The translations under genes were made by a program, and so were the position numbers. This document shows positions 12,734 through 24,989 of a DNA stretch of 64,000 bases, in pieces. The notes under the pieces are model-generated. The model ran no database searches. It was not told the origin of the DNA and saw only the letters and a program-made list of their open reading frames with translations. Origin of the DNA: Octopus vulgaris (taxonomy: Eukaryota); NCBI GenBank assembly GCA_951406725.2, contig OX597820.1:121210001-121274000 (forward strand), written 5' to 3'. Each line of letters starts with the position of its first letter. Position 1 is the stretch's first letter.

Positions 12734-12983
12734 AATTCATAAATAAGGACAAACGAATACATATTGTGAATACATATTTGGCATATTGTGAAAAAATTAT
12801 ATGGTTAATGGACAATATGTCCAATTTTTCGGCATATCTGGCATTAGAAATTTTTTCGTTTGCCCTTATTTATGAATTGTTTATAGATTTAACCTTTAAA
12901 GGTATCTTTTGATATGCAGGCCATTGATAAAATTTTTGGGGGAAAATAATTTTTTTTTGGAAACAAATTTTATCCTTCATTAG
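12727..12983. mobile_element. (TA)n-embedded element with a 31-bp inverted duplication
   Basis: tataaacaattcataaataaggacaaacgaa (12727-12757) vs ttcgtttgcccttatttatgaattgtttata (12855-12885); (TA)n on both sides. Confidence 0.6.
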
Positions 12984-13234
12984 ATATATATATATATATA
13001 TATTCTCACATACATACCCATCCTTGGATGCAGACCCTTTCGTCACGTCACTGTTGTCTCCCTTCCTACCCATTCTCGAAGCAGATTTTTTTTTCCTTCT
13101 GGCCAAATCAACATGTGCAACCTTTAACACACACACACACACACCTATATACGCGAGAAAGTACACCATCGGATAAACAGTGTTAACTATTTACATGTAC
13201 ACAGATTTACGTATAAAGAAGCATTCTCTCTCTT

Positions 13235-13451
13235 TCTTCTTTTACTTCTTTCAGTCATTTGACTGCGGCCGTGCTGGAGCACCGCCTTTAGTCGAGCAAA
13301 TCACCCCCCGGACTTATTCTTTGTAAGCCTAGTACTTATTCTATCGGTTTCTTTTGCCGAACCGCTAAGTTACGAGGACGTAAACACACCAGCATCGGTT
13401 GTCAAGCGATGTTGGGGCGACAAACACAGACACACAAACATACACACACAT

Positions 13452-13504
<53 letters not shown>

Positions 13505-13777
13505 TAAGGACTGAACACGAAAAGTGGACAGTCAACATGCTAGATATAGACGTCAAATCGTCATTCACCACAAAAGATTATGTTCTCAGATCAAACTCAA
13601 TCTGAGAACATAATCTTTTGTGGTGAATGACGATTTGACGTCTATATCTAGCATGTTGACTGTCCACTTTTCGTGTTCAGTCCTTAATTGGTATATATAA
13701 ATATTTTAATCTTCGGATTCTTTTTTAATATGCTAGACCACTGGTCTTAATTGATAAATATCAATTTCTACCCTTAA

Positions 13778-13818
<41 letters not shown>

Positions 13819-13935
13819 TATATATACGACGGGCTTCTTTCAGTTTCCGTCTACCAAATCCAGTCTCAAGGTGCCACGCAGTGGGACTGAACCCGGAACG
13901 ATGTGCTACTTACCACATAGCCACTTCTATGCCTA
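13235..13935 (-). mobile_element. SINE family B interrupted in its internal (TA)n by a fold-back element
   Basis: Tail half 13235-13470 and head half 13825-13935 flank the insert. Confidence 0.85.
13501..13785. mobile_element. (TA)n-embedded fold-back element with a perfect 91-bp inverted repeat
   Basis: Arm 13501-13591, loop caaactca, arm 13600-13690, then ~95 bp of unique tail and (TA)n. Confidence 0.8.
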
Positions 13936-14310
13936 CATGTGGATATTAAAAGCAAACAAATGTGAATACATAAGAATCGTAGGTTGAAGACATAACAATT
14001 TCGAAGAGGAAAAAAAAAAACAAAAAAAAAACATAAAATCATTGAAAAACTTGGCAATTAGTGAAAATATCAGCAAGAAACAAGAAGAAGCTTAACAACA
14101 AGAACAACATAACAATGCAAAGACAATATTTCTTTACTGTTTTGATGTATTATGTATTCATAATTATGTATTCAAACTAGTGTAGCTCATTCAGCGGTGG
14201 TGCCCCAGCATGGCCGCGGCCTTCGGGCTAAAACATTTTTAAGGATTTAAGGATTTAAGGATATATATACACACATATATATATATATATATATATACAT
14301 ATATATACAC

Positions 14311-14361
<51 letters not shown>

Positions 14362-14362
<1 letters not shown>

Positions 14363-14640
14363 CAATAATAATTCTCTAAAAGAGATATAGACAGTAACTG
14401 CTCGATAACATAAGGGACTAAAGCCATCTGAATATGGCTAGGGACAGGCAGGGTGGTGGGGTGTACTGTTGCATTTAGCCCAGGCGAACATCGACGTCAC
14501 CAAAAGGCTCGACACCGTCACGGTGTCCTTATCCTGCAAAGAATTACCTCCCTTTGCAGGATAAGGACACCGTGACGGTGTCGAGCATGATAGTACACCC
14601 CACCACCTGCCTGTCCCTATATTCAGATTAGTCCCTTATG

Positions 14641-14644
<4 letters not shown>
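14362..14644. mobile_element. (TA)n-embedded fold-back element, imperfect
   Basis: Perfect 35-bp core arms 14507-14541 and 14552-14586; outer arms match with deletions out to 14405/14644. Confidence 0.7.
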
Positions 14645-14679
<35 letters not shown>

Positions 14680-14684
14680 TGCAC

Positions 14685-14813
14685 CAAATAGCAGTTGCTA
14701 GAAAGCCTTCATGAAGTGAAACCAAGTAGCAACACCAAATGGCGGTGCCCCAGCATGGCCACAGCTCATAAGCTGAAACTGGAAAAATCAAAATCAAAAT
14801 CAAAATCAAAATC
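14685..14813 (+). mobile_element. Short LINE (CR1/L2-type) 3' end with an (AAAATC)n tail
   Basis: ggcggtgccccagcatggccacagctc..gctgaaac then aaaatc x5; a related tail at ~14190-14260 ends in (ttaagga)n. Confidence 0.55.
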
Positions 14814-14816
14814 ATA

Positions 14817-15367
14817 TATTCCTTTACTATCCACAAGGGGCTAAACACAGAGGGAACAAACAAAGACAGACAAACGGATTAAGTCGATTACATAGACCCC
14901 AGTGCGTAACTGGTACTTAATTTATCGACCCCGAAAGGATGAAAGGCAAAGTCGACCTCGGCGGAATTTGAACTCAGAACGTAAAGACAAACGAAATACC
15001 TATTTCTTTACTACCCAACAAGGGGCTAAACACAGAGGGAACAAACAAAGACAGACAAACGGATTAAGTCGATTATATCGACTCCAGTGCGTAACTGGTA
15101 CTTAATTTATCGACCCCGAAAGGATGAAAGGCAAAGTCGACCTCGGCGGAATTTGAACTCAGAACGTAAAGACAAACGAAATACCTATTTCTTTACTACC
15201 CAACAAGGGGCTAAACACAGAGGGAACAAACAAGGACAGACAAACGGATTAAGTCGATTACATAGACCCCAGTGCGTAACTGGTACTTAATTTATCGACC
15301 CCGAAAGGATGAAAGGCAAAGTCGACCTCGGCGGAATTTGAACTCAGAACGTAAGGGTAGACGAAAT
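14817..15367 (-). mobile_element. Tandem trimer of head-less SINE family A units, 185-bp period
   Basis: Junctions gaaatac|ctatttc at 14999/15000 and 15184/15185; explains the duplicated ORFs at 14902 and 15087. Confidence 0.9.
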
Positions 15368-15499
15368 GTATTTATAGTGACAAAATGTAGACACGCAGGC
15401 ATAGCAACAATATACGCGCGGGAAATGGTTTTAAACATATTTAGATGATAGCAGCAATATATATATATGTACTATCTCTCTCTCTTATTTTCTCCCCTT

Positions 15500-15553
<54 letters not shown>

Positions 15554-16245
15554 CCTATCACGTATGAATGACGAAGCCACCTTCAGCATAATCCTATGAA
15601 CCCGGAAATTTAAAACCGAGTGTTACCTACTTGCAAACAAATGTGGTAACATGTAACAATATTGACCGAGGTTACCTTGGTCTTTTCCGTAGGTTTTTCT
15701 TTCCACGGATAAACCTTATCTGCTTCTCCCTTTACACCTTACATCATGACACTGTGATACACACACGATCCCTATTGATCGTTTTTTTTCTTTTGTTTCT
15801 TTTCCTTTTTCTTCTTCTTCTTCCACATTTACGATCCCTTTTGATCGAAAACCTACTCCACCTTTTTCCCTTTTCTTTTTTTTCTCCTTCCCCCCCCCAA
15901 AGAAAAGCTCTATTTTGTAATCTGTCACATCTGTGTGCAGCCCTTTGTGGCTAATAAATAAACATATCTAGCTATCTATCCATCCATCCATCTATTTATC
16001 TACCTATCTATCACTATATATAAGCATTGAGTAGAAAAACAGCCAGCAACTGATGAGGCATCGTTCTTTATGTTTGTTTTGTTTTCCATCAGTCTTTCGC
16101 TGTTCGAAAAAATAGTTCATATTCCATGTACTCGTGATTCGTACTTTTTGTTGTACACGTTTCGTGACGTCCTGTTCCCACATATGCTTATATATATATA
16201 TATACGTATAGATGTAAGTATGTACGTATACGTATGTATATATGC

Positions 16246-16289
<44 letters not shown>

Positions 16290-16459
16290 AGATAGATATA
16301 AGGATTAGAAATACATAGATACATACAGACACACACAAATTTATATATATATATACACACACACACGTATGTATGCATGCACACATACACGCCCATATGT
16401 AACTATGCACATATTAATATGCATACCTCCATATATGTGTATAGGTATGTATGTGTGTG

Positions 16460-16465
16460 CATGTC

Positions 16466-16518
<53 letters not shown>

Positions 16519-16532
16519 TATATATATATATG

Positions 16533-16577
<45 letters not shown>

Positions 16578-16628
16578 GTATGTATATATATATATGTATA
16601 TATATATATGTATGTATATATATATATG

Positions 16629-16711
<83 letters not shown>

Positions 16712-16712
16712 G

Positions 16713-16751
<39 letters not shown>

Positions 16752-16951
16752 ATATATATATGTTATATATATATATATGTATGTATATATATATGTATGT
16801 ATATATATATGTATGTATATATATATATGTTATATATATATATGTTATATATATATATGTTATATATATAAATATGTTATATATATATATGTTATATATA
16901 TATATATGTTATATATATATATGTTATATATATATATATGTTATATATATA

Positions 16952-17009
<58 letters not shown>

Positions 17010-17073
17010 ATATATGTGTGTGTGTGTATGTACACATATATCTGCACATACGCATATATATATATATGTATAA

Positions 17074-17116
<43 letters not shown>

Positions 17117-17147
17117 TATCTGCACATACGCTATATATATATATATG

Positions 17148-17192
<45 letters not shown>
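16460..17192. repeat. Large compound (TA)n/(TATG)n/(TATGT) microsatellite
   Basis: ~730 bp of TA-based repeats. Confidence 0.97.
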
Positions 17193-17195
<3 letters not shown>

Positions 17196-17736
17196 TGCGC
17201 ATAGCGTAATCATTATTATCTCCCGCATGATCTATGTTGGTGTATCTATGAAGATATACATGTTTACAAATCTATAGCTTCAGCTTAATTTTCATTGCAG
17301 CCACACATACAGACAGACATACTGATGCAGAGATAAACTCTCACGCTTATACAGATACACACATATACTCATATGTTTTTACAAACGAGTGTGTGTGTGT
17401 CATCTGTGTGTGTGCGTGCGTGTTTGAGTGTGTGTGTGTGTTCATATCCGTATGTGTGGTTTTTCGGCTGTTTTCACTCTGTACCGACATAACCTCGCTA
17501 TATACCAAACAGACCATCCCTCGAGACAAACATTAAAACATCAATTTCTTCGTGTTGTTGGCGCAAATTTTCATTTCCTTATTTTATACGTTTTCATCTT
17601 CAATATTTTTTCTCTCTCTCTATCTCTGTCCAAACACACACACTCTCTCTCTCTCTCACTCTCTTTCTCACTATAACACTTGCTTTCTCCCCCTCCCGCT
17701 CCTCTTGTCTCGGTATATTATATTTTATACATATAT

Positions 17737-17838
17737 ATATATATATATACACACACTCACGCACACACAAATAGAAATATATATATATTAAATATTACAC
17801 TCACCACACACACAAATAGAAATATATATATATTAAAT

Positions 17839-17900
<62 letters not shown>

Positions 17901-17960
17901 AATATTTAATATATATATATTTCTATTTGTGTGTGCGTGAGTGTGTGTATATATATATAT
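17737..17960. repeat. Microsatellite-centred palindrome
   Basis: 17737-17800 is the reverse complement of 17897-17960; the centre is a partial direct copy of the arm plus (CA)n(TA)n(TG)n. Confidence 0.8.
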
Positions 17961-18384
17961 GTGCGCGTGTGTATATAGAAAGAGAGAGAGAGAGAGTGAA
18001 TGAGAAAGTGGTATGAAACAATTTATTTCCTGTTTTTTTTTTTGTAGTTTTTATATTATTAACCTTTCGCTGATAAACAAATCGCAACGCAATTAATAGA
18101 TATGTTCTATATATACAGTGCGAAAAACACGCACACACATACACACACACATGTATGTATGTATGTGTATGTATTACTGCGCTACACAATATCAGTCAGT
18201 CAGAAGAAATTCCTCAGAGTGGGTGAAATACCAATGGGAAAACAGTCTTTCTCCACTGTTAATGAGAGAAGAAATACAGGGCAATAATATCCTGACGCAC
18301 AGTTTCAAGGGTTGTAAACGGCTCCTCAGTGATATCTTAGTTTTACTTTTTCTGTATATCAAAGCCGAAAGATGCTTTGATCTA

Positions 18385-19890
18385 TAAATATGTTTTGACC
18401 AAAGATTGGTCCAGGCCATGTCTAACTTAATAGCACCACCTGATAGGATTATCTAAATCCTTTTAAAGGCAAATTTTGTGGTATCATGGTCCATTCAAGT
18501 AGTGAGTTCTTGTTGAGTGAGTTGTATCCAAGTATGGGTGGCTTATCTGGTATCTCTTGAAGAAATCTGTCCAGATTCCCCTAAAAGCTGATGGGGTTCT
18601 TTTCCTCTTTGATCTGTTTTGGGATAGTGTTAGACAGGGCAGGACCTGTTGAAGAAAAGAAATTGTGTTGCAGTGTGTTTATGTGTTGTGAACCTGAATT
18701 GAGTAGGAGACGTATAACCCGGGGTCCTAAACTTGGATGAATTTTGAAGCTAATGTTCAGTTCGTTTGAGTAATGCTGGTAGTATATTCTTCATATCGTG
18801 CAAATGATGTATCGCTCACGGCGGCGCTGGAGAAAATAGAGTTTCAATGCTTTAAGGTGGTCCCAGTAATCTAGATCAGTCATGCACTTAATTCGTTTAG
18901 TGAGTGCCCTCTGGGTTGTTCCAGTTTTCGAGATGTTTTGTTTTTTATGGGGAGACAACAGAAAGAATCAGTATTCGAGGTGTGGCCGTACAAAGAGGAG
19001 AAAAGTGGAATGATGACGCTTTGTTCTTTGGACCGGAAGGTTCTTAGGATCCAGGTGTTCACCCTACGAGCTATATCGACCTTATTGTTGATGTGGGTAC
19101 ACCAACTGAGTTTGTTATGAACAATTACTCCTAGGCCTCTCATAGTAGATGCTGTGAGCGGTTCCTGTTTTAGCCTTTTTACTAAAATGCATCAGCTCAA
19201 GTTTTCCCTCGCTTAGTTGCATTTTGTTTTTGTCTGCCCATTGACAAACCGCATGTAGAACCGCATGTAGAACCGCATGTAGATCAGACTGGAGTTTGAG
19301 TTCGGTCTTCTTCATTGATAATTTTCTGGAATTTAGAGTCATTAGCGAATATTTTCATTTTTCTGTGATCTATGACGCTAGAAATATCGTTTATACAGAT
19401 TATGAAGAGGAGCAGGCCAAGACAGTCCCCTGAGGGACACCACTGGTGACTTCTTCTGTGCTTGAGTGGATTCCATCGACCACATCATGTTGTTTCTGTT
19501 CACAGGAAATACTCAATCCAGTGTAGAAGTTTTCCACGGATTCCAACATTTGCCAATTTTGAGAGTAAGATATTATGGTGAACCATGTCGAACGCTTTAC
19601 TGAAATCAAGATATATGACATCAGAGTTTGAACCTGTTCCCAAAGCTTTAAGTATATCATCGATGTGGTGCAAGAGCTGTGTTAGACCGTCCCTGCCACA
19701 GCGAAAGCCATGCTGATTTGCGTTTAGGAGTTTGTGGATCTCCAGGAAGGAGCTATCCTTGCTCCTACCACTCTTTCAAACACTTTAATGATGTGAGAGG
19801 TGAGTGAGTTTGGGCGATAGTTAACTGCGAGGGAGCTGTTTCCCTGTTTGAAAACCTGCCATTTCCTTCGCATCGTGTTAGGGAATGCAG
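18385..19890 (-). mobile_element. CR1/L2-like LINE, 5'-truncated, decayed RT and 3' end
   Basis: Minus-frame pieces VTSGVPQGTVL, QWADKNKMQLSEGKLELMHF, LGVIVHNKLSWCTHINNKV..WILRTF; many frameshifts and stops; tail ggtggtgct..acatggcc near 18415-18440. Confidence 0.85.
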
Positions 19891-20066
19891 TTATCATCGA
19901 TCAATGGCCCATTGGTTGAGACAGCGATTCTATGCTCATTTGCATATGATATTTTTTTTGATTACCCACTGTTCCTCTGCAGTTCTTTTTATATTCAATG
20001 GAGGTTTTCATGTCGGTCTGCAGAAGTTTTTCCAAATCCAGACGAAAAATACTAGAATGAAGAAAT

Positions 20067-20468
20067 ACTCTTTTACTTCTTTCAGTCATTTTGATTGTGG
20101 CCATGCTGGAGCACCACCTTTAGTCGAGCAAATCAACCACAGGACTTATTCTTTGTAAGCCTAGTACTTATTCTACCGGTCTCTTTTGCCGAACTGCTAG
20201 TTACGGGGACGTAAACACACCAGCATGTGCTGTCAACCGATGTTGGGAGGACAAACACAGACACACAAACACATACACACACATACATATATCTACATAT
20301 ATACGACGGGATTCTTTCAGTTTCCGTCTACCAAATCCACTCACAAGGCTTTGGTCGGCCCGAGGCTATAGTAGAAGACACTTGCCCAAGGTGCCACGCA
20401 GTAGGAATGAACCCGGAACCATGTGGTCGGTAAGCAAGCTACTTACCACACAGCCACTCCTACGCCTA
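20067..20468 (-). mobile_element. SINE family B, full length
   Basis: Complete head, core and tail; flanked by aaatac on both sides (possible TSD). Confidence 0.9.
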
Positions 20469-21534
20469 AAAATACAAGTTTTGTTTCAAACTCGAAGCAT
20501 TTAAAACGCTGTTTTGCATTGAAAGGGGTTAAGGATGCTTGTCGAACTGGAACCCGCATCTCCTGAAGACATGGCAGGCGTTCTATAATCGTTCAAAGCA
20601 ATATGTGGAATTTCTGTCTCTACTTTATAAATTTTCTTCTGAGCAGCGAGAATCCTGTTGTTGACTTCATAAAAATTTATAAATTTTTGTGGGAGCGTGA
20701 AGTAATTTACCTTGGGAACTAGATCTCGAAGTAAATGAAGTTATAAATAACAGCATGTAAACATTGGCTGATTATCCCTTTTTGACTGAAAAGTCGGTCT
20801 CCATGTCTGGGGTGGAAAAGAAAGTCTACAATCCAAGCTGTCAGAGTTGAAAAGAAATTCCTTAAGTTAATCATGACAAATGGTTCACAAGGGAGGCATA
20901 CGAAGATAATGGTAGTCTATTAGAGAAAAGTCGCTGTACATACATATACACTCACGCAGGCATACTCATACTCAAGCACTGTCGAATACGCCAGTGCCCG
21001 TATGAGTATTTTATATGTGTATATGTATATATGCATACATAAGAATATATGCGTAATCTATACCTAGATATAATTGTTTATGTGTGATGACTGTGTCTTT
21101 TATCGTGTTAACAAAGTAAACAATAAGGTGTATTCATGCCTTAATTTTTAAATTGCCACGGTGAATCTTCTTTCACTTATATTTCTTTCAGACATTGGAT
21201 AGCGGCCATGAAACGATTTTAACTTTTCTAAGCCATATTGCATATAAATATCTAATAATTATTTTATTATGCAGCATGGTATGCAAATTAGTTTAGCTTT
21301 TAGAATTAAGTGCTATTGTTTGTTTCATTGAAGTAGGTATTTGCTATAATTTTTGCGGACAGAGAATTCGCTTGTTATTTTGAATATTATGAGAGTGGAA
21401 TGAAACGTAGATTTGCCAGAAAAATCCTAATTTACGCACGCATCCATACATGTATATATATACACACCCATACATGTATATATATACAGGTGTGTGTGTA
21501 TATATATATAGAGAAAGATATATATATATACATA

Positions 21535-21890
21535 CATGGTGCAGTGAAAATACTGTCGTCCAAATTACGCAAAAATTAAAATAACACTGACATCTCATAG
21601 ATATATTTACCAAAATTACATAAAAACAACTTGAAATATTAAAGAATAAATTTATTCTATAAAATCAGCATTGGCTTCAACCACGGCCACCAGACGAATT
21701 CGGAATCTACTGCTACTCTTCTGGGCGGTCTCTTTGTTTAAGTAGGTAGGTGAATGCTGCCATAATCCTTACCTTCAGTTCATCTTTGGTGTTACAAGGA
21801 GCTTTGTTGATCCCTCACTCAACTGTGCTCCACACATAATAATCAAGAACAGTTGCAGTTTAGGGAGTTGGGTGGTCAGATGTTTACTGA
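21535..21890 (-). mobile_element. Tc1/mariner (maT/DD37D-like) transposase C-terminal relic and element end
   Basis: Minus strand across frameshifts: I*PPNSLNCN..DYYVWSTVE*GINKAPCNTKDELKVRIMAAFT..RFRIRLVAVVEANADFIE* (stop at 21652-21654), matching the WPPNSPDxNPLDY motif region. Confidence 0.75.
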
Positions 21891-21936
21891 AAGACGTCCA
21901 TCGCATATATATATATATATATAAATAAATAAATAA

Positions 21937-21969
<33 letters not shown>

Positions 21970-22199
21970 CGAGCAAAATGTCCCCCGTCCAATGGACGGT
22001 GCTGAGTTGTCATACATCTAAACCAAATTTTCTCAAAACAACTTGTCCGACCGTCCCATAGGCCTCCCCTTTGAGAAACACTGATTTAACCTAAATTTGA
22101 GACAACAGCAAAAGAAGAAATAAAGATAGACATTTTTTCTATTCCAAAGAAAAACGATTTTATTCAAACAAATATGCAACCGAAGAGTTTAAAGTACCA

Positions 22200-22661
22200 G
22201 TAATGATTGACTGGGAGAACACAAACATGGTTTAAACAGTAAGATTGGCAGGAAAGAAACGTGTCTTTAAGCAGTACAAAAACAAAAAAAAAATGGAAGG
22301 TGCATGTACAGGTTGACGGAAGAAAAGCAGGACAAAAACGAGGCATGCAAATGGGTTAGCTGGAGGTAAATCTAGATGGAAAAGCATGAATTTATGAGAA
22401 CGTACCTGGGACAATAATAAGTTTTTACGATAAAACATGTAGGAAACTGCACGTGCATTTTTCGCGCATACGCGTAGTATCGATCGCAACAGCTGATGGA
22501 CTTGCGCGTACAAATGCACGTTTCCACGGCTTTATCGATCGCATTCTCACCTGGAATCGATTTTTGTAACTTTTTCAAGACTTATACACGCCCAGATACC
22601 CTCGGTATCTACATGTCAAATCTGAGCGCAGTCAGATGGAGGATGCCCGAGATCCTAGAAG

Positions 22662-22700
<39 letters not shown>

Positions 22701-22726
22701 GACAGAACGGTTTTTATATAATAGAT
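22200..22726 (-). mobile_element. Non-autonomous Helitron-like element, 5' part
   Basis: Minus strand starts TCtattatataaaaaccgttctgtctgtctgtgtgtg, a typical non-autonomous Helitron 5' end; the 3' end was not located. Confidence 0.5.
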
Positions 22727-22739
22727 ATACATATATGTA

Positions 22740-22950
22740 TAGGTTTGTGTCTGTGATTTGACATCCCACTATCACTTGACAATCGATGCTGGTGTGTTTA
22801 CGTCCCTATCACTTAAATGTTTGGTAAAAGAGACCGATAGAATACGTACTAGTCCTGGGAGTCATTTTGTTCGACTAAATCTCTTTAAGGTAATGCTGCA
22901 GCATGGCCGCACTAGAATGACTGAAACGTGTAAAAGAATAAAAGAATGAA
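22740..22950 (+). mobile_element. SINE family B 3' half
   Basis: cttgacaatcgatgctggtgtgtttacgtccc..cagcatggccgc..atgactgaaac..aaaagaataaaagaa. Confidence 0.75.
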
Positions 22951-23129
22951 TGTATAAACAGAAACGATCTCCCTTCACCTGAAATTAAGAAGCAATATGC
23001 AAATTGAAGAGGTTAATATTCCGTTGCGACTTCGAGACCGGAAACTGCAGGCTTTCATTAAGAGAATCACTGCTGAAAAATGTCTCAACAAATACAGCTG
23101 AAATTTGCTGTGAATTACATGTGTATTCC

Positions 23130-23740
23130 TTATTCTCTCATTCGTTTGCTTGTTTCAGTCATTGGACTGCGGCCATGCTGGGGTACCACCTTGACGAATT
23201 TGTAGTTAAATGAATCGACCCTAGAACACGCGCGCGCACACACATATACACACACATATGCACACATGCATACACACACAAACACACATGCATATACACG
23301 CACATACACACACATACACTCACACGCATATACACACACATACATACATACATATACACGCACATACACACACATATACACACATGCCTGTACACACACA
23401 TACACACACATGCACACATGTATATACACACACATACACACACATATACACACATACACACATATGCATATACACACATACACACACATACACACATATG
23501 CATATACACACATACACACACATACACACATATGCATATACACACATACACACACATACACACATATGCATATACACATGCATATATGAAGGGCGAGCTT
23601 CATCAGTTTCCGTTTTCCAAATCTACTCAAAAAGCTTTGGTCGGCCTGGGGCTATAGTAGAAGACATTTGCCCAAGTTGCCACGAAGTTGGACTGAACCC
23701 GGAACCATGTCGTTAGGAAACAAGATTCATACCACACAGC
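23130..23740 (-). mobile_element. SINE family B with a ~370-bp expanded internal (CA/TA) minisatellite
   Basis: Tail 23130-23222; repeat 23225-23587 with recurring catatgcatatacacacatacacaca units; head 23588-23740. Confidence 0.8.
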
Positions 23741-24144
23741 GGATCTTTTCTCATGAACCAAGACTGCATCTTAAAGAAGAAATGCAGCAAAATACACTGC
23801 GAACTAAGTAATTCCGATAAAAAAAAATTGGAAGTAGCTGGAAGACTAAATGAACTAAAAAAATAAAGAAAAACTAATAAAGGAAACCACAAAAAAAAAA
23901 CAAAAAAAAAAAAAAAAACAAAATAGTTGGAATGTGTGAAGCTTCAATCTAATATTGCCAGTTCGTTGCTGATGGCTTCGTTATCAGGAATAGATTCTGC
24001 GAACCTGATAAACTTGATAAATTCGGATTTCTTACATAATAATTCCGGATGAATGCAGGAATTTTCCAGAAACAAAATCCACACCACACACGTACACGAA
24101 GGCTGGCTCGCGTACACACAAACACACACACACACACACACACA

Positions 24145-24181
<37 letters not shown>

Positions 24182-24186
24182 ACTCA

Positions 24187-24225
<39 letters not shown>

Positions 24226-24277
24226 CCTCTTTCATATACATCCTCACACACAATCATGTAAACAAATATAGAACCGA

Positions 24278-24510
24278 AGGCGGCGAGCTGGCAGAAACAT
24301 TAGCACGCCGGACGAAATGCGTAGCCGTATTTCGTCTGCCGCTACGTTCTGAGTTCAAATTCCGCCGAGGTCGACTTTGCCTTTCATCCTTTCGGGGGCG
24401 ATTAAATAAGTACCAGTTAAGCACTGGGGTCGATATAGTCGACATTATCCCTTTGCCTGTCCTTGTTTGTCCTCTCTGTGTTTAGCCCCTTGTTGGTAGT
24501 AAATAGAAAT
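24278..24510 (+). mobile_element. SINE family A, full length
   Basis: aggcggcgagctggcagaaac...tttagccccttgttggtagtaaata; aaatatagaa on both flanks (TSD-like). Confidence 0.9.
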
Positions 24511-24989
24511 ATAGAAACTTTAAACTAGAAAGCAGACAGATAGACAGGCATGTAGCAGAATGTCTGGTGTAGAGAAAACATAACGTTGACGTGGTTGCGA
24601 GTGGCGACGAAAGGACTTTCAGAAAACTGAATGATTGATTTACTGAACAATTAATCAAGCCATCGATTAGTTAATTGGTTAAATAGTCAATCAATTGGCA
24701 GATAAAAACCTGAAATATAACCAAATGCATGTGTTTATTATTGGTATAAAGACCTTTCCGAGATACAGCAAAAGTAATTATTTCCTGGTACATTTAAAAA
24801 TATACAGGAGGAATTACAACCGTGATTCGTGGTCTGCTACCACAACAGCTCCTTTATAGGATCCAGTTAGCTCAACACATCATCAGGAGGAACCACGTCC
24901 GGTTTCGGCCTCTACTCCCCTACCGTTTTGACGTGACACCCCCCTACTTTCGGAGGTGTCTTCTTCTGCTTTCTTCTGTTCCCTGGCCT

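Noticed and set aside
14817-15367. Regular repeats resembling a CRISPR array or duplicated small genes
   Set aside because: The units are SINE bodies with no unique spacers, in eukaryotic context.
16010-16190. Microsatellite-flanked unit with ctgatgag
   Set aside because: No properly placed stem II-GAAA-NUH; may be a repeat but not callable as a ribozyme.
16004-17277. Long YIYI/ICIY ORFs, also at 8537, 26763, 51154, 58389 and 59451
   Set aside because: Stop-free translation of TA/TG microsatellites; no coding signal.
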